32,000 nucleotides of DNA from Mycolicibacterium vaccae NBRC 14118 = CIP 105934 (GTDB taxonomy: Bacteria; Actinomycetota; Actinomycetes; Mycobacteriales; Mycobacteriaceae). Numbering within the stretch: the first letter of the stretch is position 1; each line of letters begins with the position of its first letter. A program made the translations under genes and the position numbers. The notes under the pieces were generated by a model. That model had not been told where the DNA came from, did not search any database, and saw only the letters and a program-made list of their open reading frames with translations. Location: positions 67,099 to 99,098 of the forward strand of contig NZ_BCRS01000002.1 of NCBI RefSeq assembly GCF_001552715.1. The letters run 5' to 3'. This document shows positions 17,968 to 24,724 of this stretch, piece by piece.

Positions 17968-18004
17968 TTATGCAGCAATCGAATATGCAGGGTTACCCGT
18001 AAAG
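17968..18004 (+). repeat. Island repeat copy A (leader plus 23-nt core; the 22-nt spacer seen in copies B-D is missing)
   Basis: The sequence is ttatgcagcaatc-GAATATGCAGGGTTACCCGTAAA. The core matches the C/D core at 21 of 23 positions and keeps TTAC-NN-GTAA. It is followed after 5 nt by CCATGGT (cf. CCAATGGT in C and D). Confidence 0.7.
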
Positions 18005-18436
18005 CATGCCATGGTCACCTGATGAATCAGGGACGCCTCAAGTGACCGCCACCCGCCGCGTGTTTCGTCCACTTCCTGTCTGTTCGATCTCAATAGATCT
18101 GGCGGCTTTCGCATCGAACCTGGGGATCGTGGCGCTCGCCCCAACCTCCATCGAAGTTCGAGAACTCGAGCGCCTGCTGCTGCGGTGCATAGCGTTCGAG
18201 TACGAGCAACTGGAGCTGCAGAAATCGATTCACGTACGTATTCTCCGGGTACTGGCCGCGCTTCCCGAGACCGCGGACTATCGGTAGCCGTACAGCCCGT
18301 CGACTCGGCCGTGGCGCGTATTTGTGGTCCGACAACGATGTGGGTCTAGTGAGCGCTTCGAACTCGGGTTACCGACGCGCCCTCGGTCTTGGCCCAGCCG
18401 CCGAGGCGTGGCGCGGGTAATAGCGCCGCCACAGGA

Positions 18437-20017
18437 TCAGCGCTTCACGCCCTGGACGCCGAACCGGCGCCCACCCCAGTTGAAGGGTCCGCCGCCCCAC
18501 CGTGTAACACCGGAGAACCGGCCGAGCTCCCACGTGTGGGCCAACAGGGTGAATGGCTGGATGCCGTCGGGAAACATGATCATCAGGCGCAGTTCGTGCG
18601 GGGAGACCAGGCTGCCCACCACGTCGAGCGACTCCCCGGCGTCCGGTGTGTACCGGACGCGAAGCGGCGCGACCGACGAGATCTCCAAGCGTCCCCCCCA
18701 CCCGTCGTGGTTCATGTCCCAGGTGCCGATCCACTGACTGGCATCGAATCCCCGGTTTCCTAGCGTGTGAATAGGGTCCCGACTCATGGTTACCCCGAAC
18801 GGGATTCCCGACCACCATGTCTGGCCGGCAGCGTTGTCTGGATCCCAGGAGAACACATACGCGCGGAACTCTTGACCGGTCAGTTTGCCCGCGGGCACCC
18901 GCTTGGTCGAGTCGGCAACCCAGAAGTGCAACTGCTGGCCGTCATCCTCGACGTATCCGTTGACGGCGTATCCCTTGCCGTCGCGGAAATAGGTCCCCAG
19001 TTTGGTCGGCTTGCCCTCTGCCTGGCGGTAATCGGTCGTCCGGCGGATCACCAGGTGGCCCGTCCAGCCGTCGTGGTCGACGTTCCAGCGGCCGATCCAC
19101 CAGGCATCCTTCTGCACTGAGCTCTCGGGCGGGCACACCGCGGTGATGTAGTGCGCCCCCAGGATCGCCGGAGCACCGAAGGGCACTCGAATGAAGGTGT
19201 TCTGACCCCTCGAATCCTTCACGAGCCATTCGCGACTGCCCCGGTCATAACCGACGATGAGATAGCAGTGCCCTGGAATATCGGCGATCACCTCGTGGCC
19301 CTGCGACAGCACGGCCTGGATCAGGATGTCCGAGGGGTCGTCGCCCAGCGACCGGAAGCCGGTCACGCGGTACCGGGCCCGATATCGCGATGCCAGCGGG
19401 ATGTGCCCCTGCGTGTATTCGAAGGCATCGATTTGGCTTTGCGGCGTGGACTCTTCGGAGATCAGTGCGCCCGCACCGGGCGTGTTGAGGCGCAGCGTGT
19501 TCATGTCGCTGTGTGACAGATACCGCGCGTGGCGTTCCAACGGGATGGCGCTGCGGGCGAGTTTGGTGACGATGTCCGAGGAGCCCTGGAAGCCCCAGAA
19601 CGAACTGTTGTTCTCATGCAGCAGTTTCGGGCTGCTGTGGAACCCTGGGATCAGTTCGCCCGCCTTGTTGATGTGGAATGCGAACTGCTCGGACAAGTCG
19701 AGGGTGACGTGATGCTGGCGTCGGTAAGCGGCCTCCATGCCCGCGCACGTGGCGAATGCGTAACAGGTGCCCCGGTCCAGCTGATCCTTGAACGGCGTCT
19801 GCCAATGAGCCAGCGAGACCACTTCCGGCAGGAAATCGAACAGGCCGGTGAGCGTCTTTGGCGCGGGGAACCGTCGATAGGAGAGTGCATTGAGGCGGCG
19901 AACCTCCCCGATGTGCTGTGCCACGAACGCCGGATCGTCATCGATCACCGCCGCCGATAGCACACGCGTCGGCCAGGTGGTGGAGAACACCTCCGAGGGT
20001 GCGGATGTTGTCGTCAT
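18437..20017 (-). CDS. Papain-like (C1-type) cysteine peptidase fused to two tandem C-terminal repeat domains; no signal peptide
   Basis: 526 aa. The catalytic signature is collinear with papain: Q79-x5-C85 in KDQLDRGTCYAFA (papain QGSCGSCWAFS), H250 in IPGHCYLIVGYD (papain DHAVAAVGYG) and D268 in EWLVKDSRG (papain IKNSWG). Residues ~306-412 and ~428-526 form an internal repeat. Repeat 1 reads WWIGRWNVDHDGWTGHLVI...GTYF...YAVNGY...LHFWV...FRAYVFSWD...GQTWWSGIPFG. Repeat 2 reads QWIGTWDMNHDGWGGRLEI...VRYT...VVGSL...LRLMIMF...FTLLAHTWE...GVTRWGGGPFNWG. The N-terminus MTTTSAPSEVFSTTWPTRVLSAAVIDDD has no hydrophobic signal core. Confidence 0.8.
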   Translation of the reverse strand: MTTTSAPSEVFSTTWPTRVLSAAVIDDDPAFVAQHIGEVRRLNALSYRRFPAPKTLTGLFDFLPEVVSLAHWQTPFKDQLDRGTCYAFATCAGMEAAYRRQHHVTLDLSEQFAFHINKAGELIPGFHSSPKLLHENNSSFWGFQGSSDIVTKLARSAIPLERHARYLSHSDMNTLRLNTPGAGALISEESTPQSQIDAFEYTQGHIPLASRYRARYRVTGFRSLGDDPSDILIQAVLSQGHEVIADIPGHCYLIVGYDRGSREWLVKDSRGQNTFIRVPFGAPAILGAHYITAVCPPESSVQKDAWWIGRWNVDHDGWTGHLVIRRTTDYRQAEGKPTKLGTYFRDGKGYAVNGYVEDDGQQLHFWVADSTKRVPAGKLTGQEFRAYVFSWDPDNAAGQTWWSGIPFGVTMSRDPIHTLGNRGFDASQWIGTWDMNHDGWGGRLEISSVAPLRVRYTPDAGESLDVVGSLVSPHELRLMIMFPDGIQPFTLLAHTWELGRFSGVTRWGGGPFNWGGRRFGVQGVKR

Positions 20018-20334
20018 GACTGAATCCTTGGACGGCGGGAGTGCCGACGCACGAGTAGTCGGATACCTGCATCGGCCCGGGGCATTACTGGGCCGATGAG
20101 CTGCGCGACGACCGCGCGGCGTTCAATCGCAAGTGGTTTCAGCCAGCGATACAGGGCGCGTTCTTGGTGATCAACGATGCGATAGAACTCCACCACCGGC
20201 GAACCACCATCCAGTCCCCACCGGACTAGAGCAATAGCAAAGTGTGGAGCTTCACTGAGCGCATGGCGGCTAGGCGTAGCGGTCGGGCCTTCTCCCCGTG
20301 AGTCGCTGGGGCGGCATCTTCTTAGCCGGTGCAC
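20014..20334 (-). CDS. Possible small protein translationally coupled to the peptidase gene (true start probably internal)
   Basis: The ORF stop overlaps the peptidase ATG (ATGA at 20014..20017). The C-terminal part VVEFYRIVDHQERALYRWLKPLAIERRAVVAQLIGP... looks protein-like. The 5' third contains rare CTA/AGA codons, so GTG 20334 is doubtful. No recognisable family. Confidence 0.3.
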   Translation of the reverse strand: MHRLRRCRPSDSRGEGPTATPSRHALSEAPHFAIALVRWGLDGGSPVVEFYRIVDHQERALYRWLKPLAIERRAVVAQLIGPVMPRADAGIRLLVRRHSRRPRIQS

Positions 20335-21546
20335 TTGTGCGGCAGGAACTTCCTGACGACGCGAATCGCTGGCCAGTCGAGCGCGGAGGTGGTTGTGGCG
20401 CGGCGGTGGTGGTTGCCGGTCGATAACCGCAGTGTGAAGGAAAAAAGGGCATCTTTCAGTTGTTAGCGATAGGCCTAGGGGTCGTCGGTGCGGCGCTACT
20501 AATCTCAGGCTTCTTCATCCCAGCATCTTCGAAACCGATTGGAGCACAGGGTTACACGCGGTCGCAAGGTTCCTCTTGAAAAGTTGATGGGCGTTGGGGT
20601 AGCCGTAGTCGCACTCACGATGCTGACGCCGGCACACTTGCCGACGCAGACCCACGATTTTTCAGCCCAAATGAAGAGAGGTGGCTCAACCACTTTCGGA
20701 AAAATCTGGGCGTGAATATCGTTGACCCCATCGCGGCGGAAGAGACGGGCTATCAGCGATGTACTGCTGCGATGTATTCGCCCGATGTCGATACGGCCCG
20801 GACGCGCATGGATGCCATTCTCGCCGACTCCGTCTAGCCTCTCACCAATATTCAGAGACTCGCCATCCAAGGGTCCGCTCTAAATCTGCTCTGCCCTGGC
20901 AGCTAGACAATTGGACCGCTAGTCGCGTGTAGCGGGTGCTTCCTGAAATGGCGTCTCACCGAGCAGCACGTTCGTGAAGGACTGCCGATGAACGAAGCTG
21001 AAATACCGGCCCCAGCCTACCGCGCGCTTGGCCGGCCACGATGGCGGCGTTTGCCAACTGCCTTCCGCAATAATATTGCGGCACAACGATTTGCGAATCC
21101 AGAATGCATCCGACTAGCGCACCGCCGCAGCCATCGCCGCGCCGATGGCAACGAGCATATCGTTGTTGGCCTGGTTCGGACTGGGGACTGGGACTCCCCC
21201 AGCCCGCACTACACACTCATCTGCAGGAGGATCCGACGAGGCTGGTGCAGTCCTGCTGATCTGGCCGCGCTTAACTCCTCAGCAGTGCGTGGCCCGCGCC
21301 CTGCGGGCCTGACGGCGTAGAAATATCGGGCGTCCTGAACAAACTCCGCAGACACGTCGACCAATAGATGCCCGAGCCCGACCACAAATCCTCCGATTCG
21401 ATCAACCGGTACTTCCCGAGAAAATCAGCGAACTGCGGACTACGCCCCTCGCTACGCCGCGGACACCCTACTGAGGTTGATCGCGACAAGCATCCGGGCT
21501 CTCCCCGGCTCGACCGACCACATGTACCCCACGCGCGTGGGTCCGG

Positions 21547-21612
21547 GAATGCGGCGGAATCGAATATGGCGGGTTACCAGTAAGTGACTGTGTACTGCGC
21601 TGCCGCCCAATG
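21547..21612 (+). repeat. Island repeat copy B
   Basis: The sequence is gaatgcggcggaatc-GAATATGGCGGGTTACCAGTAAG. The core matches at 19 of 23 positions and TTAC-CA-GTAA is intact. CCAATG follows exactly 22 nt after the core, as in C and D. Confidence 0.65.
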
Positions 21613-21640
21613 CGCCCAACGACAGATGACCTGCGACGTA

Positions 21641-22090
21641 ATGGCTCGACTCGCCGACGAATGCCACACTCGTACGGTGGATACCCGTGAGGTCGTCGCC
21701 GAACTGCTTCGCCGCATCGCCGCCGGCGACCCGGCAAGGATAGCCGAGCTATATGCCGAGTCGATCTCGTGGAAGCTGAACTGGCCGGCCGGAGACTACG
21801 CCGCTGTCGTCCCGTGGATCCAGCAGCGATCCGACCGTGCCGGTGTCAACGAGCACTTCAAGCTCATCATCGAGCATCACATCACGAATCAGAGTTCTGC
21901 GGAGGTGTTTTCTGTGCTGGTCGACGGCGCAGACGCAATCGTGCTCGGCGAGCTCCACAACACCGCCAAACCGACTGGGCGAAGCTACGACGCCGCTTTC
22001 GCATTGCACCTCACTGTGGAGCACGGGCTGATCACCCGCCACCACATCTACGAGGACAGCCTTTCGGTGTTACAAGCTTTCGTGGTGTGA
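21641..22090 (+). CDS. NTF2-like / SnoaL-like (ketosteroid-isomerase fold) small protein
   Basis: About 149 aa from ATG 21641 (alternative ATG 21626; the track GTG 21584 lies inside repeat B). The pattern VVAELLRRIAAGDPARIAELYAESISWKL...FSVLVDGADAIVLGEL...FALHLTVEHGLITRHHIYEDS is typical of NTF2-like domains. Confidence 0.6.
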   Translation: MARLADECHTRTVDTREVVAELLRRIAAGDPARIAELYAESISWKLNWPAGDYAAVVPWIQQRSDRAGVNEHFKLIIEHHITNQSSAEVFSVLVDGADAIVLGELHNTAKPTGRSYDAAFALHLTVEHGLITRHHIYEDSLSVLQAFVV

Positions 22091-22127
22091 GAGCCTCGCT
22101 GAATTTGTGGATGCCACAAGCGGCTGA

Positions 22128-22380
22128 CCAGCCCCACTGGTTTCCGGCACTGTTGGGACTGCCGCGCCGCTCCCCGGCTGGCTGCTGCTGCGGCAGGCTC
22201 AGGTAGCCAATGACGCTCTGTTGCACGTGCTTTCGGATCAGGACCAGCAGTTCTACGAGGGCAAGATAACCGCAGCGCGGTTCTTCGCTCGCACGGCATT
22301 GCCTCAGATAGCGGCGGCTCGCGTGACTGTTGCGGGTGCCGACTTCGGGGTGATGGATCTGCCCGAAGACGCGTTCTGAG
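22128..22380 (+). pseudogene. 3'-terminal remnant of a FadE5-type acyl-CoA dehydrogenase (about 83 codons, no N-terminal part)
   Basis: The frame opens after a TGA at 22125..22127 and reads ...PGWLLLRQAQVANDALLHVLSDQDQQFYEGKITAARFFARTALPQIAAARVTVAGADFGVMDLPEDAF*. This resembles, from memory, the C-terminal tail of long mycobacterial acyl-CoA dehydrogenases (FYxGKxxxAxFFxxxxLP...LxExAF). There is no start codon or upstream catalytic domain. Confidence 0.55.
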
Positions 22381-22480
22381 CGATCAGCGGATCGAAAACG
22401 CCGTCGGAGACGCCCGCCACCCGCGACAAGATCGCATACCTACGGAAGTGTTGCGCGACCTCTGCAGGCACTCGCCGGAA

Positions 22481-22551
22481 GATGTGCAGGAATCGAATAT
22501 GCAGCGTTACCAGTAAATCACTGCATATTACGTTGCCGACCAATGGTTTTG
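22481..22551 (+). repeat. Island repeat copy C (full architecture)
   Basis: The sequence is gatgtgcaggaatc-GAATATGCAGCGTTACCAGTAAA-(22 nt)-CCAATGGTTTTG. The 23-nt core and the 12-nt distal box are identical to copy D with identical spacing. Only this copy has a perfect 9-bp hairpin, AATATGCAG (22496..22504) pairing with CTGCATATT (22521..22529). It lies 14 nt beyond the vapC stop. Confidence 0.8.
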
Positions 22552-22564
22552 ATACGTCGCACCG

Positions 22565-22987
22565 TTAGATGGTCCCCCGTTCCAGAACCCATTGATGCCG
22601 GAATGGTAGTACCTCTGCGGCAATCTCAAAGTCGGCGTCATAGTGAATCAGCGTCACATCATGGGCCCCTGCGATGGTGGCGATCAGGAGGTCGGCCATG
22701 CCGACGGCGCGGTGGCGACCAGTGCTGGCGAGCTGCCGTTGCGCGCCGAGTGCCATCTGCCAGTGCTCGTCATCGGTTGGCAGGTACTCATAGGCCAGAC
22801 GGCGGTCTGACCGGAGTTGTTCATAGTCTTTAGGGCTGCGGGCGCTGTAGAGCGCCTCGGCGTCGAGCTGAGCGGTGGTTGCGACCAATCCGGCCTCAAT
22901 GAGCGGGGCCAGCCTGGAGGCAACCTCGGGGTGCTTCATCCGTGCTGCCGCGCTGGTATCGACGAGGTGCCGAGCGATCAGCGCCAC
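22565..22987 (-). CDS. vapC: PIN-domain ribonuclease toxin VapC
   Basis: 140 aa. The sequence HLVDTSAA...D.LIATIAGAHDVTLIHYDADFEIAA carries the acidic PIN residue pattern. The GTG start overlaps the vapB 3' end by 10 nt. Confidence 0.9.
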   Translation of the reverse strand: MALIARHLVDTSAAARMKHPEVASRLAPLIEAGLVATTAQLDAEALYSARSPKDYEQLRSDRRLAYEYLPTDDEHWQMALGAQRQLASTGRHRAVGMADLLIATIAGAHDVTLIHYDADFEIAAEVLPFRHQWVLERGTI

Positions 22988-23184
22988 ACGTCACCACGTT
23001 GATCGGGGTCCGCCATCTCCCCTAGGCCGCCGGCTTGCAGCCAAGCGATCTGGCGTGCACGAGCAGACGAGGCTGCTGCCTGCTGCAATGCGATGCGCAC
23101 GGTGTCCGATACGCCGGACGTTTTGAGCTCCTTCTGCGCGGCGGCCAGCAGGTCATCGTCGAGATCGATCAGTCGCTTTGTCAT
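22978..23184 (-). CDS. vapB: VapB-type antitoxin (ribbon-helix-helix/DUF2191-like)
   Basis: 68 aa. MTKRLIDLDDDLLAAAQKELKTSGVSDTVRIALQQAA is the typical N-terminus of this VapB family. It lies immediately upstream of vapC and overlaps it. Confidence 0.85.
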   Translation of the reverse strand: MTKRLIDLDDDLLAAAQKELKTSGVSDTVRIALQQAAASSARARQIAWLQAGGLGEMADPDQRGDVWR

Positions 23185-23201
23185 CCGACAAGCCTCCCAG
23201 T

Positions 23202-23231
23202 GTATATACCAAGTTGAGGATCAGTATATAC
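23202..23231. promoter_or_regulatory. Two copies of the self-complementary octamer GTATATAC upstream of vapB (candidate VapBC operator/promoter)
   Basis: GTATATAC occurs at 23202..23209 and 23224..23231, 22 bp centre to centre (about two helical turns). The sites start 18 nt upstream of the vapB ATG, and GGGAGG is the RBS. Confidence 0.5.
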
Positions 23232-23270
23232 AAAGTTCGGGGTCGCGCCAGCGCTCGTAGACCTAGATCG

Positions 23271-23341
23271 GATATGCAGTAAATGAATATGCAGCGTTAC
23301 CAGTAAAGTACGTCCTATTGCCCTGCACACCAATGGTTTTG
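23271..23341 (+). repeat. Island repeat copy D (full architecture)
   Basis: The sequence is gatatgcagtaaat-GAATATGCAGCGTTACCAGTAAA-(22 nt)-CCAATGGTTTTG. It lies between the vapB promoter and the Nudix gene stop, and sits 790 bp from copy C in the same orientation. Confidence 0.8.
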
Positions 23342-23392
23342 TTCTGCGCTGTCCCGGCGACATTGAGACTGGACTCAGATGCTGGCCCTAGT

Positions 23393-23815
23393 TCAATTCA
23401 ACAACGTGCGACGCCGAAGAGCCGATGCGGCCTGCCGCGTCGCCTCGGTCAGCGGCTCGGGCAGATTATCGAGATCGAACCACCGCATCGCCGACAACGC
23501 CTGCGGTTCGAGAACGGAGGGTGTGCCGTCATAGCGTTCGATGAGATAGACCGGAGCCACCCAGTGTTGGCCGGCCTGACGATCGATCTGGTCGACGACA
23601 CATAGGAGCAGGCTCGGTTCGATGGAGATGCCGAGTTCTTCGCGGATCTCGCGCGTCACCGCGGCCGCCACGGGCTCAAACGGGTCGACCTTGCCTCCCG
23701 GGAGGCCCCAGCAACCCGCCTCCGGATTGCGCCTGCGGCGGACAAGCAGCAGGTTACCGTCCTGGACGATCGCTGCACCACATCCGACGCGTGGGCCAGA
23801 GCCATCAGCGTTCAT
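23393..23815 (-). CDS. Nudix hydrolase
   Basis: The Nudix box is perfect: GGKVDPFEPVAAAVTREIREELGI (Gx5Ex7REUxEExGU). ATG 23815 (MNADGSGPRVGCGAAIVQDG...) is preferred to the track start 23866. It overlaps the 3' end of the LOG gene by 11 nt. Confidence 0.85.
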   Translation of the reverse strand: MNADGSGPRVGCGAAIVQDGNLLLVRRRRNPEAGCWGLPGGKVDPFEPVAAAVTREIREELGISIEPSLLLCVVDQIDRQAGQHWVAPVYLIERYDGTPSVLEPQALSAMRWFDLDNLPEPLTEATRQAASALRRRTLLN

Positions 23816-24386
23816 CGCGCCTGATCCACTTCGTCTCCGTTGAGAGTTGATAGGTGAGTAGTCCATTCAGCAAGTCAGTGGGTGAATCCGAAGAGAGAAG
23901 CATCTGTCGATGGACGGGCTTCAAGAAACTCTCGTCGACAACATGGTCGAGGAAGGCCAGCAATCCGTCGTAGAAGTTGAGGGTGTTGAGCAACCCGCAC
24001 GGTTTTGCATGGGCGCCAAGCTGAGTCCACGTCCACACTTCGAAAATCTCTTCGAGAGTGCCGATTCCTCCAGGCAGGGCAATGAAGGCATCGGACAGCT
24101 CAGCCATCAACGCCTTGCGCTCATGCATGGAATCGACGATCCGCAAATCCTGCAGGCCGGTATGCGCGACTTCGTGTTCAACAAGGGCCCGCGGGATCAC
24201 CCCGATAACCTCGCCGCCAGCGGCCAAAGCCGAATCTGCAACTGCTCCCATGAGTCCGACGGCGGCTCCCCCGTAAACCAGACCGATCTGGCGCTCAGCC
24301 AGTAGTGCGCCCAGTTCCATTGCCGATGTGCGATATTGGTCATGGCGACCCAAATTCGAGCCGGAGAAAACGCAGATCCGATTCAT
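23805..24386 (-). CDS. LOG-family protein (TIGR00730-type; cytokinin riboside 5'-monophosphate phosphoribohydrolase-like)
   Basis: 193 aa. Motifs are ICVFSGS, GLVYGGAAVGLMGAVA, RK and the hallmark ALPGGIGTLEEIFE (PGGxGTxxE). AAGGA lies 8 nt upstream of the ATG. Confidence 0.9.
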   Translation of the reverse strand: MNRICVFSGSNLGRHDQYRTSAMELGALLAERQIGLVYGGAAVGLMGAVADSALAAGGEVIGVIPRALVEHEVAHTGLQDLRIVDSMHERKALMAELSDAFIALPGGIGTLEEIFEVWTWTQLGAHAKPCGLLNTLNFYDGLLAFLDHVVDESFLKPVHRQMLLSSDSPTDLLNGLLTYQLSTETKWIRRDER

Positions 24387-24690
24387 CCATCAATCCTTAC
24401 ATGAGCTTCTCGGCCAAAGTTTCTTGGGGATGCTGAGCGGGACCTGACCGCCTCCGATTTCGCGGCGTTGCCGGCGCAATATCGGCTCACCTACGCCTTG
24501 GCCATGGCCCACCCACGCTCTGCCGGAAGCCCATCTCGACAACGCCGCGCCGAGGCTGCAGACACTGACCACCCAAGCGTGCCTGGCAGCCCAACGCTGA
24601 CGGCCGCGTTGGAACGCGGTTAATCTCCGGCCGCGCAGATGGTGTGAGATACATAGGTTCGAGTGAGCCTGTCGCAGAAGCATTCTGCCT

Positions 24691-24724
24691 GCATCTGCAG
24701 CTTGAGTATCAGCGACCGGAGTGA
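24691..24724 (+). repeat. Possible degenerate fifth copy (E) of the island repeat
   Basis: gcatcTGCAGcttGAgTAT-CAGCG--ACCgGagTgA aligns to the leader plus core consensus only with gaps and several mismatches. The TTAC-NN-GTAA core is lost. This match is weak and made by eye only. Confidence 0.2.

Noticed and set aside
18006-18335. Mutually antisense ORFs 18006..18287 (+, 93 aa, starting right after repeat A) and 18090..18335 (-, 81 aa, downstream of the peptidase gene).
   Set aside because: The two frames share codon boundaries. Hand-counted GC at codon positions is symmetric (about 70% at position 1, 38% at position 2 and 70% at position 3 for the plus frame, read either way). Neither can be preferred and neither shows a recognisable motif. 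One of them may still be real.
20505-20870. 121-aa ORF on the minus strand in the lowest-GC part of the island.
   Set aside because: It has no motif, mixed codon bias and several rare codons. My rough estimate is that an open frame this long is expected by chance about once in a ~1.2 kb, ~55% GC region across six frames.
16895-22500. The octamer TCGAATAT is shared between the IclR operator (16895) and the leader/core junction of repeats A, B and C.
   Set aside because: The match is too short to distinguish from chance, and copy D has TGAATAT instead. It is noted only as a possible lead for the EMSA experiments.
17968-23341. Interpreting the island repeats as integron attC sites or as a CALIN.
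   Set aside because: No GTTRRRY / RYYYAAC core pair is present; the GTT-containing heptamers are GTTACCA and GTTGCCG. No intI-like gene is in the window, sequence conservation between copies is much higher than is typical for attC, and the cassette genes point in both directions. The cassette-like layout is still reported, but as an unknown element.
21452-23363. Repeat-encoded peptides (LLVTLHIRFLHI, LLVTLHIHLLHI, LLVTRHIRFRRI) in minus-strand ORFs 21452..21667, 22304..22543 and 23181..23363.
   Set aside because: The similarity only reflects nucleotide identity of the repeat. The flanking parts of the ORFs are unrelated, and copy A has an in-frame stop shortly after the shared peptide. There is no evidence of coding constraint.
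22543-23605. Plus-strand ORFs that begin at the CCAATGG box of repeats C and D (22543..22833 and 23318..23605).
   Set aside because: They are entirely antisense to the well-supported vapC and Nudix genes and have Arg-rich nonsense composition. The ATG in the box is out of frame with the NTF2-like gene at copy B.
24640-24680. tRNA-like GGTTCGAGTGAGCC string, considered as a possible integration target at the right end of the island.
   Set aside because: The flanking bases cannot form a T-stem or an acceptor stem, and no cloverleaf can be drawn by eye. I found no tRNA in the window.
24390-24683. ORF 24390..24683 (-, 97 aa), and a plus-strand frame reading ...FLGDAERDLTASDFAALPAQYRLTYALAMAHP..., both in the LOG upstream region.
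   Set aside because: Neither has a credible start or RBS, neither shows a family motif, and the two overlap each other. They are most likely promoter or spacer DNA, or a decayed gene.
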